DNA of 63,273 nt from Gemmatimonadota bacterium. GTDB taxonomy: Bacteria > Gemmatimonadota > Gemmatimonadetes > Gemmatimonadales > GWC2-71-9. The position numbers and the translations under genes were made by a program. Shown piece after piece: positions 1 to 7,993 of the stretch; within the stretch, counting starts at the first letter, position 1, and each line of letters begins with the position of its first letter. The DNA is taken from contig JBDHKN010000030.1 of the NCBI GenBank assembly GCA_039586365.1, forward strand, positions 1 through 63,273. Direction: 5' to 3'. Below the pieces are notes generated by a model. The model was given only the letters and a program-made list of their open reading frames with translations. It had not been told where the DNA came from and did no database searches.

Positions 1-83
1 GCCTAACGCATGTTGAGAGCACGCCCCAAGCTGCTACCATGGAGTTGTCGAAGACCCATGGGTCACAGCAAGGAGCGGCTCTC

Positions 84-1148
84 ATGAAATGCATGACCAA
101 GTATGTGGCTTTAGATGTTCACCAGGCAACCACGGCGGCATCGGTGCGGGCCGAGGGTGGTCGGGTGCTGGCGCGGACGATTCTGCCTACCGAGGAAGCA
201 GCGATCGGGGAGTTGTTTCGGGGTCTGCGTGGTGCGATTCACGTTGCTTTCGAGGAAGGCACCCAAGCGCAGTGGCTGCACGATTTACTGGCCCCATTAG
301 TCGATCGGGTAGTCGTTTGCGACCGGCGCGGTGAGAAGCGTCAGGGCAACAAGGCTGATCGGGTCGACGCCGACGAGTTGTCGGAGTTGTTGCGTCGTGG
401 TGGACTGCGTGCGGTGTATCACGGCAGTTCCCAGCGTGCCGCTCTGAAGGAGTTGACCCGATCCTACCAGAACCTGGTGGAGGATTCCACGCGTGTGATG
501 CAGCGGTTGAAGGCGTTGTTTGGTGCCCGGGGCATCAAGACGCCCGGCACGCGCGTCTACCACCCTACTGAGCGGCTGCAATGGCTCGAGAAGTTACCGG
601 AGCGTGGGGCACGGTTTAGAGCGGAGACGTTGTACGCCGAACTGGACGTGTTGCGCGAGCTGCGTCCCAAGGCGAAGGCTGCGATGGTCGCCGAGGCGCG
701 GCGCGATCCGGCGTGGGCTCTGTTGCAGACGATACCGTTCTTTGGGCCGGTGCGTGTTGCATTGCTTCTGGCCACGATGCAGACACCCTGGCGGTTTAGG
801 ACGAAGCGGAATCTGTGGGCCTTCGCAGGGCTGGCGGTGGTGACCAAGACCAGCGCCGAGTACGAGTTCGTCGCTGGGAGGCCGGTGCGCCGACGGCGTG
901 CTCCGATGACTCGTGGTCTCAATCGCAATTACAACTGCGTGCTCAAAGACGTGTTCAAGGGTGGAGCTACAGCCGCCACGGCACAGCCTGGGCCGCTGCA
1001 GGACTTCTACCACGGTATGGTTGCGCGCGGCATGCGTGAGGAGCTGGCGCGGCTGACGCTCACCCGCAAGATCGCAGCCATCACGCTGCGCCTATGGAAG
1101 AGAGGAGAAAAGTACGATCCGACGAAGTTGACGACACAAGCGTTCTAG
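84..1148 (+). CDS. IS110 family transposase / bridge recombinase
   Basis: RuvC-like DEDD motifs YVALDVH, AFEEG and KADRVDA; C-terminal Transposase_20-like region (LQTIPFFG, WAFAGL..T.TS with candidate catalytic Ser). AAGGAG at 70-75 supports the ATG at 84 (ORF track starts at 39). Confidence 0.95.
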   Translation: MKCMTKYVALDVHQATTAASVRAEGGRVLARTILPTEEAAIGELFRGLRGAIHVAFEEGTQAQWLHDLLAPLVDRVVVCDRRGEKRQGNKADRVDADELSELLRRGGLRAVYHGSSQRAALKELTRSYQNLVEDSTRVMQRLKALFGARGIKTPGTRVYHPTERLQWLEKLPERGARFRAETLYAELDVLRELRPKAKAAMVAEARRDPAWALLQTIPFFGPVRVALLLATMQTPWRFRTKRNLWAFAGLAVVTKTSAEYEFVAGRPVRRRRAPMTRGLNRNYNCVLKDVFKGGATAATAQPGPLQDFYHGMVARGMREELARLTLTRKIAAITLRLWKRGEKYDPTKLTTQAF

Positions 1149-1150
1149 CA

Positions 1151-1356
1151 CCGGGACACGCGAGTCAGCGGCGTAGGCCGAGTTATCCCGCCAAGGCTCC
1201 GCGTTCCGGGACGATGGTGCGAGGGGCAGTCTCCACAGGGTCGTTGGCCCGGCCAGCAGTCAGTCGAGGCACTCGCCTAACTCTAGGCCCTCTCGCTGAA
1301 CCAAAGGAAGCGTCAGGCCGGCTCCGTGCCGAGTCTCAGATAGAACCATGGTTCGC
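1151..1356 (+). ncRNA. putative bridge RNA / seekRNA (5' stem-loop, target-binding loop, donor-binding loop)
   Basis: Hand-folded stems: 1151-1209; 1219-1227 with 1287-1296; 1298-1303 with 1349-1354. The internal loops contain CAGGGTCGTT and GCCTAAC (target matches) and AAGCGT and ATAGAAC (donor matches). Confidence 0.8.
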
Positions 1357-1535
1357 AGTTTGAGAACACACAGCCTGCAAACGTCCAGTCGGATCGAGAG
1401 TCGAAGCGAGGTGACCAATGCAAAAAAAGACTGCGAAGCAGGCCACACAGCGCCGGACTGACTCGCCCGCTAAGAAGTCGGGGCTGATTGCAAAGGGGAA
1501 AAACTCTCAGAGATCAGCAACGACGAAGTCTGCCC

Positions 1536-1557
1536 TTGACAATCGCTCTCATAGAAC
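1536..1557 (+). promoter_or_regulatory. -35 half of the IS circle-junction promoter
   Basis: Perfect TTGACA at 1536-1541. Joining the ends at the AAC core places CATGTT (9-14) 17 nt downstream as a -10 element. Confidence 0.65.
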
Positions 1558-1572
1558 GACTCTGCGCATAAG
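1555..1572 (-). other. remnant of an attC-like site (R'/L' arm) interrupted by the IS; the other part is at 1-7
   Basis: Removing the IS gives gcctaac-gactct-gcgcataag, which parallels gtctaac-ggatcg-gcgcctaag of the intact attC at 2357. Confidence 0.65.
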
Positions 1573-1585
1573 AATGGGATGAGAA

Positions 1586-1674
1586 GGGCCAACCTCTGGT
1601 GGCGGGCTTACCATAGAATGGCGTTCCAAAGTGATTAACGGACTCGAAGTCCAATCAGACCCAGAGGTTGGCCC
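1586..1674. repeat. perfect 14-bp inverted repeat GGGCCAACCTCTGG / CCAGAGGTTGGCCC
   Basis: Arms at 1586-1599 and 1661-1674; the right arm contains GAGG just before an ATG at 1676. Confidence 0.8.
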
Positions 1675-1725
1675 CATGACAGATGCACAGGTGATTTCCG
1701 CAAGAATGACGGAGTGGTTGTCGAA

Positions 1726-2241
1726 CTACATGGCGTCATCGAATTCATCCCTGTATCGCGCTATGCCGCCAGCCTTGGGCAAGACAGCGCTATCAAACAC
1801 GACAACCATGAATGCCTCATCCTCATCCGGAATCCCCTCCCATTGACTGATGAGCTGATACTTCGATGCAAGCTCGAAGCCAAAGCGTGGGTAGTAATCA
1901 GGATGTCCCAAAACAATGACGAATGGACAACCAGACCGACGTAGGTGCTCGAGCCCGTGGCGGACAAGTTGAGATCCAATTCCCTTTCGCTGGTGAGATG
2001 GCAAAACCGCCATCGGCGCCAGACCCATGCCAGCTACACCGCAACCTTCAACGGTCACCTGGGTGAACAATATGTGCCCGACAACGGTGTAATCTTCGAC
2101 GGCGACAAAGGCAAGGTAATCCTTGCAGCTGAGTCGGAGCTTATCCACGACAGTGGCTTCCGGACCGTTGTCAAATGCAGCCAGGTTCAGCTGGTGCACG
2201 GCATCCCGATCCTTCGATTCTTCTCTGCGGATTTCGATCAT
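1726..2241 (-). CDS. GNAT family N-acetyltransferase (YhbS-like), cassette-like gene
   Basis: MIEIRREE start, GLAPMAVLPSHQRKGIGSQL acetyl-CoA motif A, VLGHPDYYPRFGF. Lies between two attC-like sequences in the same orientation. Confidence 0.92.
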   Translation of the reverse strand: MIEIRREESKDRDAVHQLNLAAFDNGPEATVVDKLRLSCKDYLAFVAVEDYTVVGHILFTQVTVEGCGVAGMGLAPMAVLPSHQRKGIGSQLVRHGLEHLRRSGCPFVIVLGHPDYYPRFGFELASKYQLISQWEGIPDEDEAFMVVVFDSAVLPKAGGIARYRDEFDDAM

Positions 2242-2356
2242 CAGTAGGTGCTCAGCATAAAAGCGGATAGCGACCCTGCGCACCGGCGTCGCCACCGCAG
2301 ATCGCTAGAAGCCACTGCATCGGACACTGGCGTTTGGCTCTGCTGATCCCTGCGCG

Positions 2357-2489
2357 GTCTAACGGATCGGCGCCTAAGCTGCAGGCGACTCAGCACCAGC
2401 TGCTGCAAACTCAGTCGTTCTATTGATTCCACCATACGATCAAACCAATCAAATCACCACCGCCTGGCAGCTTCAGCCGCCTGTTAGCC
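2357..2489 (-). other. attC-like integron cassette recombination site (133 bp)
   Basis: On the minus strand: R'' GGCTAAC, L'' GCTGAAGC ... L' GCTTAGG, R' GTTAGAC. Arms CT(G)AAGCTGC(C)AGGCG and CGCCTGCAGCTTAG pair with two extrahelical bases. Confidence 0.8.
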
Positions 2490-2670
2490 TGCTACCTACA
2501 GGATTATCTTCGTTATCGAACGCGACGCGGACACTGGCCTCTTCGTAGGGTACGTACCTGGCTGGAAAGGTGCCCATTCCCAGGGAGCTTCCGTCGACGA
2601 GCTCCTCGCGAACTTGGCCGAAGTCGTCAAGATGCTTCTGGAGGATGGTGAACCAGCACGAGAGACGCAC
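2488..2670 (+). pseudogene. HicB-like (UPF0150) antitoxin lacking a start codon
   Basis: Frame reads ATYRIIFVIERDADTGLFVGYVPGWKGAHSQGASVDELLANLAEVVKMLLEDGEP; in-frame TAG at 2485 and no ATG before the domain. Confidence 0.75.
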
Positions 2671-2677
2671 GACAGCA

Positions 2678-2727
2678 AACTCGCTGCAATCACGCTGCGA
2701 CTGTGGAAGAAAGGAGAGCGCTACAAT
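2678..2727 (+). pseudogene. C-terminal relic of a second IS110 transposase
   Basis: KLAAITLRLWKKGERY versus KIAAITLRLWKRGEKY in the intact transposase (~1068-1116). Confidence 0.75.
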
Positions 2728-2877
2728 TCACCCTATAGCAGGGCCTTGCAGCAGTTCGAGGGACGACGCAAAACCCCACTCCAGCCGCTCGACTACCCCG
2801 ATGACACCGCACATACTTGGGTTGGGTGGATTCAAATTCCTATGCGGATCGGTCTGAGCGCAGTCAGACCAAACGTT

Positions 2878-5376
2878 TTAGCCCTTCGGCCTCAGCAGTT
2901 CCTGAAACGGCGGGTAATCTCGCACCGACTCGAAGTCCATATCTTTGTGTAGCCAAATCCCATACGCGAGGCCATCCCGAAACGCGTCACGCAACAGGCG
3001 TACAGCTTCCTCACGTTCTCCAAGCACAACTGCAATTCGCGCGCGCCAACGCGTGTGGTTCCCGAACAGGTAGGGGCGATCGAGCGAAGCGAGGTCCGCA
3101 CTGATTCGTTGCGCCGCCTCACGGTTGCCGAGCCGCGCCTCGGTAACGCCGAGGAATCCCACCAGGCCCAGCCTGTCCGGGTACTTAGTAACCAGTATCT
3201 CCAGCAGAGCATGCGCCTCGGACCAACGTTCTGCCCAGTACAGAGTCTGCGCTTCATTGAACCCGCGGCTTCTGCCCGGGACTCCTTCGTTTGGATGCGC
3301 TTCGAACCACGTCAATGCGCGGTCTATCGCGTCCCTGTACGCTCCCAAGTGGCCGTGCGCTCGCAGCTCGGAAGCCGCCAACACGGGCCGCATCGCGTAG
3401 GAGAAACCAGGCGTGAGTGGGTGTGTGAGGCTCTCGTCGAGGAGCGCAAATACTTCATCGACTCGCCCGAGGGCTGCGAGGGCTCGCAACTCGTAGTCCA
3501 ATACCCCCAAGTGCGCCGGAAAGATCGCGCGCGCGCGTCGAGCCTCTCGCAACTCGCCGCGGTGATCGCCCAACATGTGGAGTGCTTCGGTCAGGTACGT
3601 CCAGTAGTACGGCCACTCCGCCAGCCATCCACTTTCGGGGTCCAAGCGATTCAATGCCTCCACCGCTTCTCGGGGACGGTTGGCGGAACGAGCGTCCAAG
3701 CCGTGTTGGTATTCCCACATCGATTTCGGCGCCTGCACCGCCAAGTCCCGCACGGTTTGGAGGGCCGCTTGCCGATTCCCGCGCAGCGTTGCTCGTAGCC
3801 AGTCCAACCAGAGCCGGTCATGGCCCGAGAGATGATCGCGCGACCTCGCGATCACACGAACCAACGAATCGGCTGCCGAGTGCTCTCCCAGGTTGAGGTA
3901 GGTCAGAGCCGCCCACAACAGGGACTGCACGAAGGCACTGTCGAGTGAATGCGCAGTGAAGTAGTAGTCCAACGCCTCCCGGAACTCGCCGCGCAGACGA
4001 CGCTCGCCACCTTCCATGTAGTTGCGGTAGGCCTCGAACGTGGGCACTGCACTCGATGAGCTGATTATGTCGGACAAATACGGATCGAATCTAGCGGCCA
4101 GGGACCCTGAAACTCGTGCCCGCAGCAACTCGAAAGCGCGCTCCGGCTCCGCCACCGGAGCACTCACCTGGCCAATACTGAACAGGATCTCCATGCGATC
4201 CGCGTCGGTCACCTCTGCACGGTACAGAAGACTGTCGCCCGAAAGCTGGTAGTCACCAGCAACGACAATGCCCGCACCCGTCGCCTCGGCGAGCACGCGT
4301 ATCGGGTTGGCACTCCCGACCGAGTTCATTTCGAATCGCACCGCCAACGTCGGTACCACGCTCACCAGCCCGGTCTCCTGAAGGCCGAGAGCTATCAAGT
4401 CCGCGGCCGCGAGTCCGTGCGCGTCGAGTGTGGAATCGCCCGTCAAGTTCGAGAACGGGGCAACAACCGCTCGGCGGGCATCCAGGGCAGTCCCCCGCGC
4501 GGCAATCACGACCCATATCATGGCAGCGAGGACCACGAACACCGACGTTGCCCAGGCGAAAGTAGATCGCCTCCTCGTTGAGCCGTAACCGCCGGGCTGC
4601 TCGCACCAGGCGTCCCCCGCCGTAGGCGGAGCCACTCGTGTCGACGGATACGGCGCCTTGCGGTCGCGTACGGCATCGACAACCGCCTTGGTCTCTGCCG
4701 CCGGTTCGAGTTCGTATTCGTCGGCCAACCTGCGCGCGAACTTCTCAAAGAACCCCACGGCCGCCGCCCGATCGCCCGCATCCGCAATGGCCTCGACGAA
4801 ACGCCGGACCTCGCTCTCGTCTGTCGGAACCAGCGCCAGCGCCTTCTGTGCCGTGCGCTCCGCATCCACCAAACGCCGATCCTCCAAGTGGCGGTGTGCC
4901 AAAACCCACGCTGCGCCCGCCGCAAGCTCCTTGAGGCGGGCGCGCTCGTCTTCCATCCACCGCTCGAACTGCGGCGATTCGGAGAGGTGAAATCCTGTCA
5001 ACAAATCGCCGCGATACAGTTCGAGGGCCTCGACCAGATTCCCGCTCTCGACCGCGTCCGCAAATGCCACAGCGTCACAGCTCACTAGCGCTGCATTCAG
5101 GGCGATCTCCTCATCGCCTCGCACCTCGACGACGCCCTCACCCAACTCCTGCCTGAGCCCGTACAACACCTGCCGAAGCGCATGCCGTGCACGGGCTTGA
5201 TCCAACTCGGGCCACAAAAGTGCAGCCACGGTGTCGCGCCGGTGGAATCCTATCGGAGAGGCGGTCGCAAGGAAGGTGAGCAATGCCGTCCATTTGGGGC
5301 GGGTGAGCGGCGCCGCCACCGATTTGCCATCGGACCCTAAAAGATCCAATGAACCCAGAACGCGGAATTCGATCAT
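2878..5376 (-). CDS. SARP/BTAD-domain transcriptional regulator with TM, TolB-like and TPR regions
   Basis: MIEFRVLGSLDL, RRDTVAALLWPELDQARARHALRQ, LYRGDLLTGF (wHTH+BTAD); TM helix; VVAPFSNLTGD TolB-like motif; TPR C-terminus ending PPFQELLRPKG. Confidence 0.88.
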   Translation of the reverse strand: MIEFRVLGSLDLLGSDGKSVAAPLTRPKWTALLTFLATASPIGFHRRDTVAALLWPELDQARARHALRQVLYGLRQELGEGVVEVRGDEEIALNAALVSCDAVAFADAVESGNLVEALELYRGDLLTGFHLSESPQFERWMEDERARLKELAAGAAWVLAHRHLEDRRLVDAERTAQKALALVPTDESEVRRFVEAIADAGDRAAAVGFFEKFARRLADEYELEPAAETKAVVDAVRDRKAPYPSTRVAPPTAGDAWCEQPGGYGSTRRRSTFAWATSVFVVLAAMIWVVIAARGTALDARRAVVAPFSNLTGDSTLDAHGLAAADLIALGLQETGLVSVVPTLAVRFEMNSVGSANPIRVLAEATGAGIVVAGDYQLSGDSLLYRAEVTDADRMEILFSIGQVSAPVAEPERAFELLRARVSGSLAARFDPYLSDIISSSSAVPTFEAYRNYMEGGERRLRGEFREALDYYFTAHSLDSAFVQSLLWAALTYLNLGEHSAADSLVRVIARSRDHLSGHDRLWLDWLRATLRGNRQAALQTVRDLAVQAPKSMWEYQHGLDARSANRPREAVEALNRLDPESGWLAEWPYYWTYLTEALHMLGDHRGELREARRARAIFPAHLGVLDYELRALAALGRVDEVFALLDESLTHPLTPGFSYAMRPVLAASELRAHGHLGAYRDAIDRALTWFEAHPNEGVPGRSRGFNEAQTLYWAERWSEAHALLEILVTKYPDRLGLVGFLGVTEARLGNREAAQRISADLASLDRPYLFGNHTRWRARIAVVLGEREEAVRLLRDAFRDGLAYGIWLHKDMDFESVRDYPPFQELLRPKG

Positions 5377-5643
5377 CGCATTTGGCCCCTCATGGCCACG
5401 TGAGCAGCAGATGACGCCACAGGGACGGCAGGAGGACGCTCGAAATCTATTGTCTCAAGCTACGGACGGCAGCACAGCGCTGCAACCTGGCTTCCCCTGC
5501 GTTTAAACGCGGGCTCGGCACTTCGTACGCGTCATGGAAGACGCTCCGAACGTCCTTCAGGACGCATCGTGCCTGCTTCAGCTGGCGCGCCGAGCCTGGA
5601 GTTTACTCCAGGGATCGAATCGAACACGAGGTACGGAGATATC

Positions 5644-6327
5644 ATGAACAAGACGAGTTTGTGGCTGCGGTGGGTCGCAGCCAACGGATTGGCTGAGGTT
5701 GTTGCTTTGGGCATCGGCAGCATCGGCGCCACGATTGCTGTCAATCAAGCAATAGTCGACCCAACCATCATTTCGGTCGCTGTCGCCGGTGTAGCGGTCT
5801 CCTTGGTCGGAGCCGTAGCTGGCTTCGTGCTGGGTTGGGCTCAATGGATCGTGCTGCGGGGGTCTCTGCCAACGATCGGGGCTCGTAGATGGGTCGCGGC
5901 CACGACGATCGGCGGCATCGTATCATGGCTGCTCGCGATGACGCCGAACACGGTCATCGGACTCACGGCCTCCAACACAGGCTCGCCACCTGCTCTCGGC
6001 ATTGCGGGCCTGCTCGCTATCGCCGTGGCCGCGGGAGCCGCCTCCGGAGTCGGGTTGAGCACACCACAGTTCTTCGTGCTGCGTTCGCACGTGAAGAATG
6101 CAGGATGGTGGCTTGCTGTAAACGCGCTTGCGTGGATGACTGCCACCCCGCTGTTTCTCGCAGTGGTTGAGTCGTCAGCCCAGACTACCTCGCTCCTATT
6201 CGCACTAATCGTCACGCTGGTGGCGGCGGGCATCACTGGTGCGATAGCCGCGGCTATACACGGCGGGGTCCTGGTGTGGCTCTTGGCCTCACACGCCAAG
6301 AACGATACGCATCACCTGGAAGGTTAA
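5644..6327 (+). CDS. hypothetical membrane protein (about 6 TM, internally duplicated)
   Basis: Hydrophobic Gly/Ala-rich ORF with repeated QW.VLR......WV/QF.VLR......WW units; GGAG before the ATG at 5644. Confidence 0.8.
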   Translation: MNKTSLWLRWVAANGLAEVVALGIGSIGATIAVNQAIVDPTIISVAVAGVAVSLVGAVAGFVLGWAQWIVLRGSLPTIGARRWVAATTIGGIVSWLLAMTPNTVIGLTASNTGSPPALGIAGLLAIAVAAGAASGVGLSTPQFFVLRSHVKNAGWWLAVNALAWMTATPLFLAVVESSAQTTSLLFALIVTLVAAGITGAIAAAIHGGVLVWLLASHAKNDTHHLEG

Positions 6328-6368
6328 TGACGCCCTGCGAAACATAATTGATGTAGCGAGGTTCTCGT

Positions 6369-6746
6369 ATGAGCGGAGCGATGCGAATAGTCGGGGTCTC
6401 TGTTGTAGTAGTAGTCCTCCTGCTCACTGGGGTGGCGGGCATCGTGGAGTCGGTGGACGATATTCCTCAGGCGGATACTCCGGGCAAGATGGTCTACACG
6501 GTCCTTCTTGCGGCCTTCGGGTGCTTGGGGTTAGGGGCAGGAGCGGCTGTGCTTGCACGAAAGCCTTGGGCCGAGGTTCTCATCCTGGGATGGGCCGTCA
6601 CCGTGCTAGCGGCCGCCCTCATCTCTCCTTTCGTGTGGCCGTGGCCAGGCATAGTACCCACTCTGGGCGCGATCTCTCTAGTGCTCCTCCTCACCGGCCT
6701 CACCTATTGCGTGTGGAAGGCCGCCGCGAGATCTCGAGAGCCATAA
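6369..6746 (+). CDS. small hypothetical membrane protein (4 TM)
   Basis: Four hydrophobic segments; GAGG upstream. Confidence 0.7.
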   Translation: MSGAMRIVGVSVVVVVLLLTGVAGIVESVDDIPQADTPGKMVYTVLLAAFGCLGLGAGAAVLARKPWAEVLILGWAVTVLAAALISPFVWPWPGIVPTLGAISLVLLLTGLTYCVWKAAARSREP

Positions 6747-7382
6747 ACGCCGAAGCGGCCGCTGAGAGATGCGAATTCGAACCCAGCTGCTTTGCTGCCT
6801 GCACAGGAGTGCTCACAGCTTCGTCTGCTGCCTTCGTCAGGAGGCGCTCGTGGAACCCGATCGGCAGATCTCGACCAACTATACCTCGGCCGGGATTTTG
6901 AACTCACACCTAGAAACGACAGAGTGCGGCGAGATGTTGTAGGTCTCCGCCTGCTAGCCTGGCTTGCCCCCGCAATGGCGCTTGGCCAACGCAAAGCACA
7001 TCAGTTTGGGTGAGGCCACACCGCAGTGGATACAGTGACCGAACTTCTGCTGATAGTGGCAGTCATGCTTGTCGTTGCCGCATGGAGACTCAGCTAGAAG
7101 CACGGCGCATGAGGCCACAGCTCGCCCATCCCACACAAATATCCCACCAGCGCACCCTGCTATCCGACTCACCAGGAGTGGCGTGGGCTGTGAACAGCTA
7201 CGGTCACGTGGTCGGCTACCGCGAAAAGAAAGGGCTGATGCAGCCCACCCTGTGGGTGAAGTGACGGCGGACTATCGATTGTAGATCGGCTAGTAACGAT
7301 TTGAGATTGGCCCTGGGGAACGATCCGCAATCTCACCTCGCCGATCGCCGTTCTGCAATCTGATATCCGGTGCCGACGGAGT

Positions 7383-7796
7383 TCACCTCACGCCATCTCG
7401 CCAAACCACGAGCTGTGAGTGCCGTGCCACAGCAGCGAAATCTGCGTCGGTAGTGAGCATCACGAGTCCGTGTCGAATGCAGAGCTGAGCGACGAGCGCG
7501 TCGATCGTCCCGACCTGGATTCCCTTGCGCCGGCACTTGTTCCTGAGTGCGGCTGCCTCCACGTGATCGCCGCGGTCCGGCAGCAGGAAAGGAAGGGCGC
7601 TGAATCGCTTCAGGATGAGACCGCGGGCCCTGGGGCCGGCGAATCCCTGCAGCAACTCCTGTAGCACCAGGCCGGCCGTGAACACCGATCCGCCGGATTC
7701 GAGCTGAACAGCCAGAGCGTCGACCTCCGGACTCCGGCGCGGTACATCCCTCCTCAGCGCGAGCGACCACACGCTCGTGTCTACGAACAGGTTCAC
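7383..7796 (-). CDS. vapC: PIN-domain toxin VapC
   Basis: LFVDTSVW, LQELLQG, TIDALVA and LTTDADF acidic PIN motifs; GTG start overlaps the vapB stop (GTGA). Confidence 0.92.
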   Translation of the reverse strand: MNLFVDTSVWSLALRRDVPRRSPEVDALAVQLESGGSVFTAGLVLQELLQGFAGPRARGLILKRFSALPFLLPDRGDHVEAAALRNKCRRKGIQVGTIDALVAQLCIRHGLVMLTTDADFAAVARHSQLVVWRDGVR

Positions 7797-7993
7797 CGCC
7801 GCGACCGCTCGGCTTTGTAGTCGTATCCGGGGTCCCACTCAAGGCTGCCAAACAACTCGACCAGGCGCCGCTGCTGCCGTCTCGCGATGAACTCCTCCAG
7901 CGCCTTGGTGACGGCGGCCTTCTTGGTCTTCTCTCCGCTCACAGCAAACGCCAGATCGAGCAAGTCCGGGTCGAGTGCCAGGTTCGTAGCCAT
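7793..7993 (-). CDS. vapB: VapB family antitoxin
   Basis: MATNLALDPDLLD...TKKAAVTKALEEFI RHH-type antitoxin; GGAGG RBS; coupled to vapC. Confidence 0.92.
   Translation of the reverse strand: MATNLALDPDLLDLAFAVSGEKTKKAAVTKALEEFIARRQQRRLVELFGSLEWDPGYDYKAERSRR

Larger units (their letters stand above)
5..1557 (+). mobile_element. IS110-family (IS1111-type) insertion sequence, apparently complete
   Basis: DEDD transposase followed by ~400 bp of non-coding sequence. Sub-terminal inverted repeats TGAGAGC (14-20) and GCTCTCA (1545-1551). Core AAC at both junctions (5-7 and 1555-1557). Outward-facing TTGACA at 1536-1541. Confidence 0.9.

Noticed and set aside
1396..1403. AGAGTCG, a 7-nt match to the IS target strand in the 3' non-coding region
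   Set aside because: It lacks the GTT core and lies outside the two internal loops; probably chance.
2245..2345. Possible additional attC fragment upstream of the GNAT gene
   Set aside because: Only a weak hairpin, with no paired AAC/GTT boxes.
3055..3798. Long antisense ORFs (also 12724-13473, 23746-24348, 44746-45462, 49707-50585 and others)
   Set aside because: Shadows of well-supported genes on the opposite strand in GC-rich DNA; no motifs.
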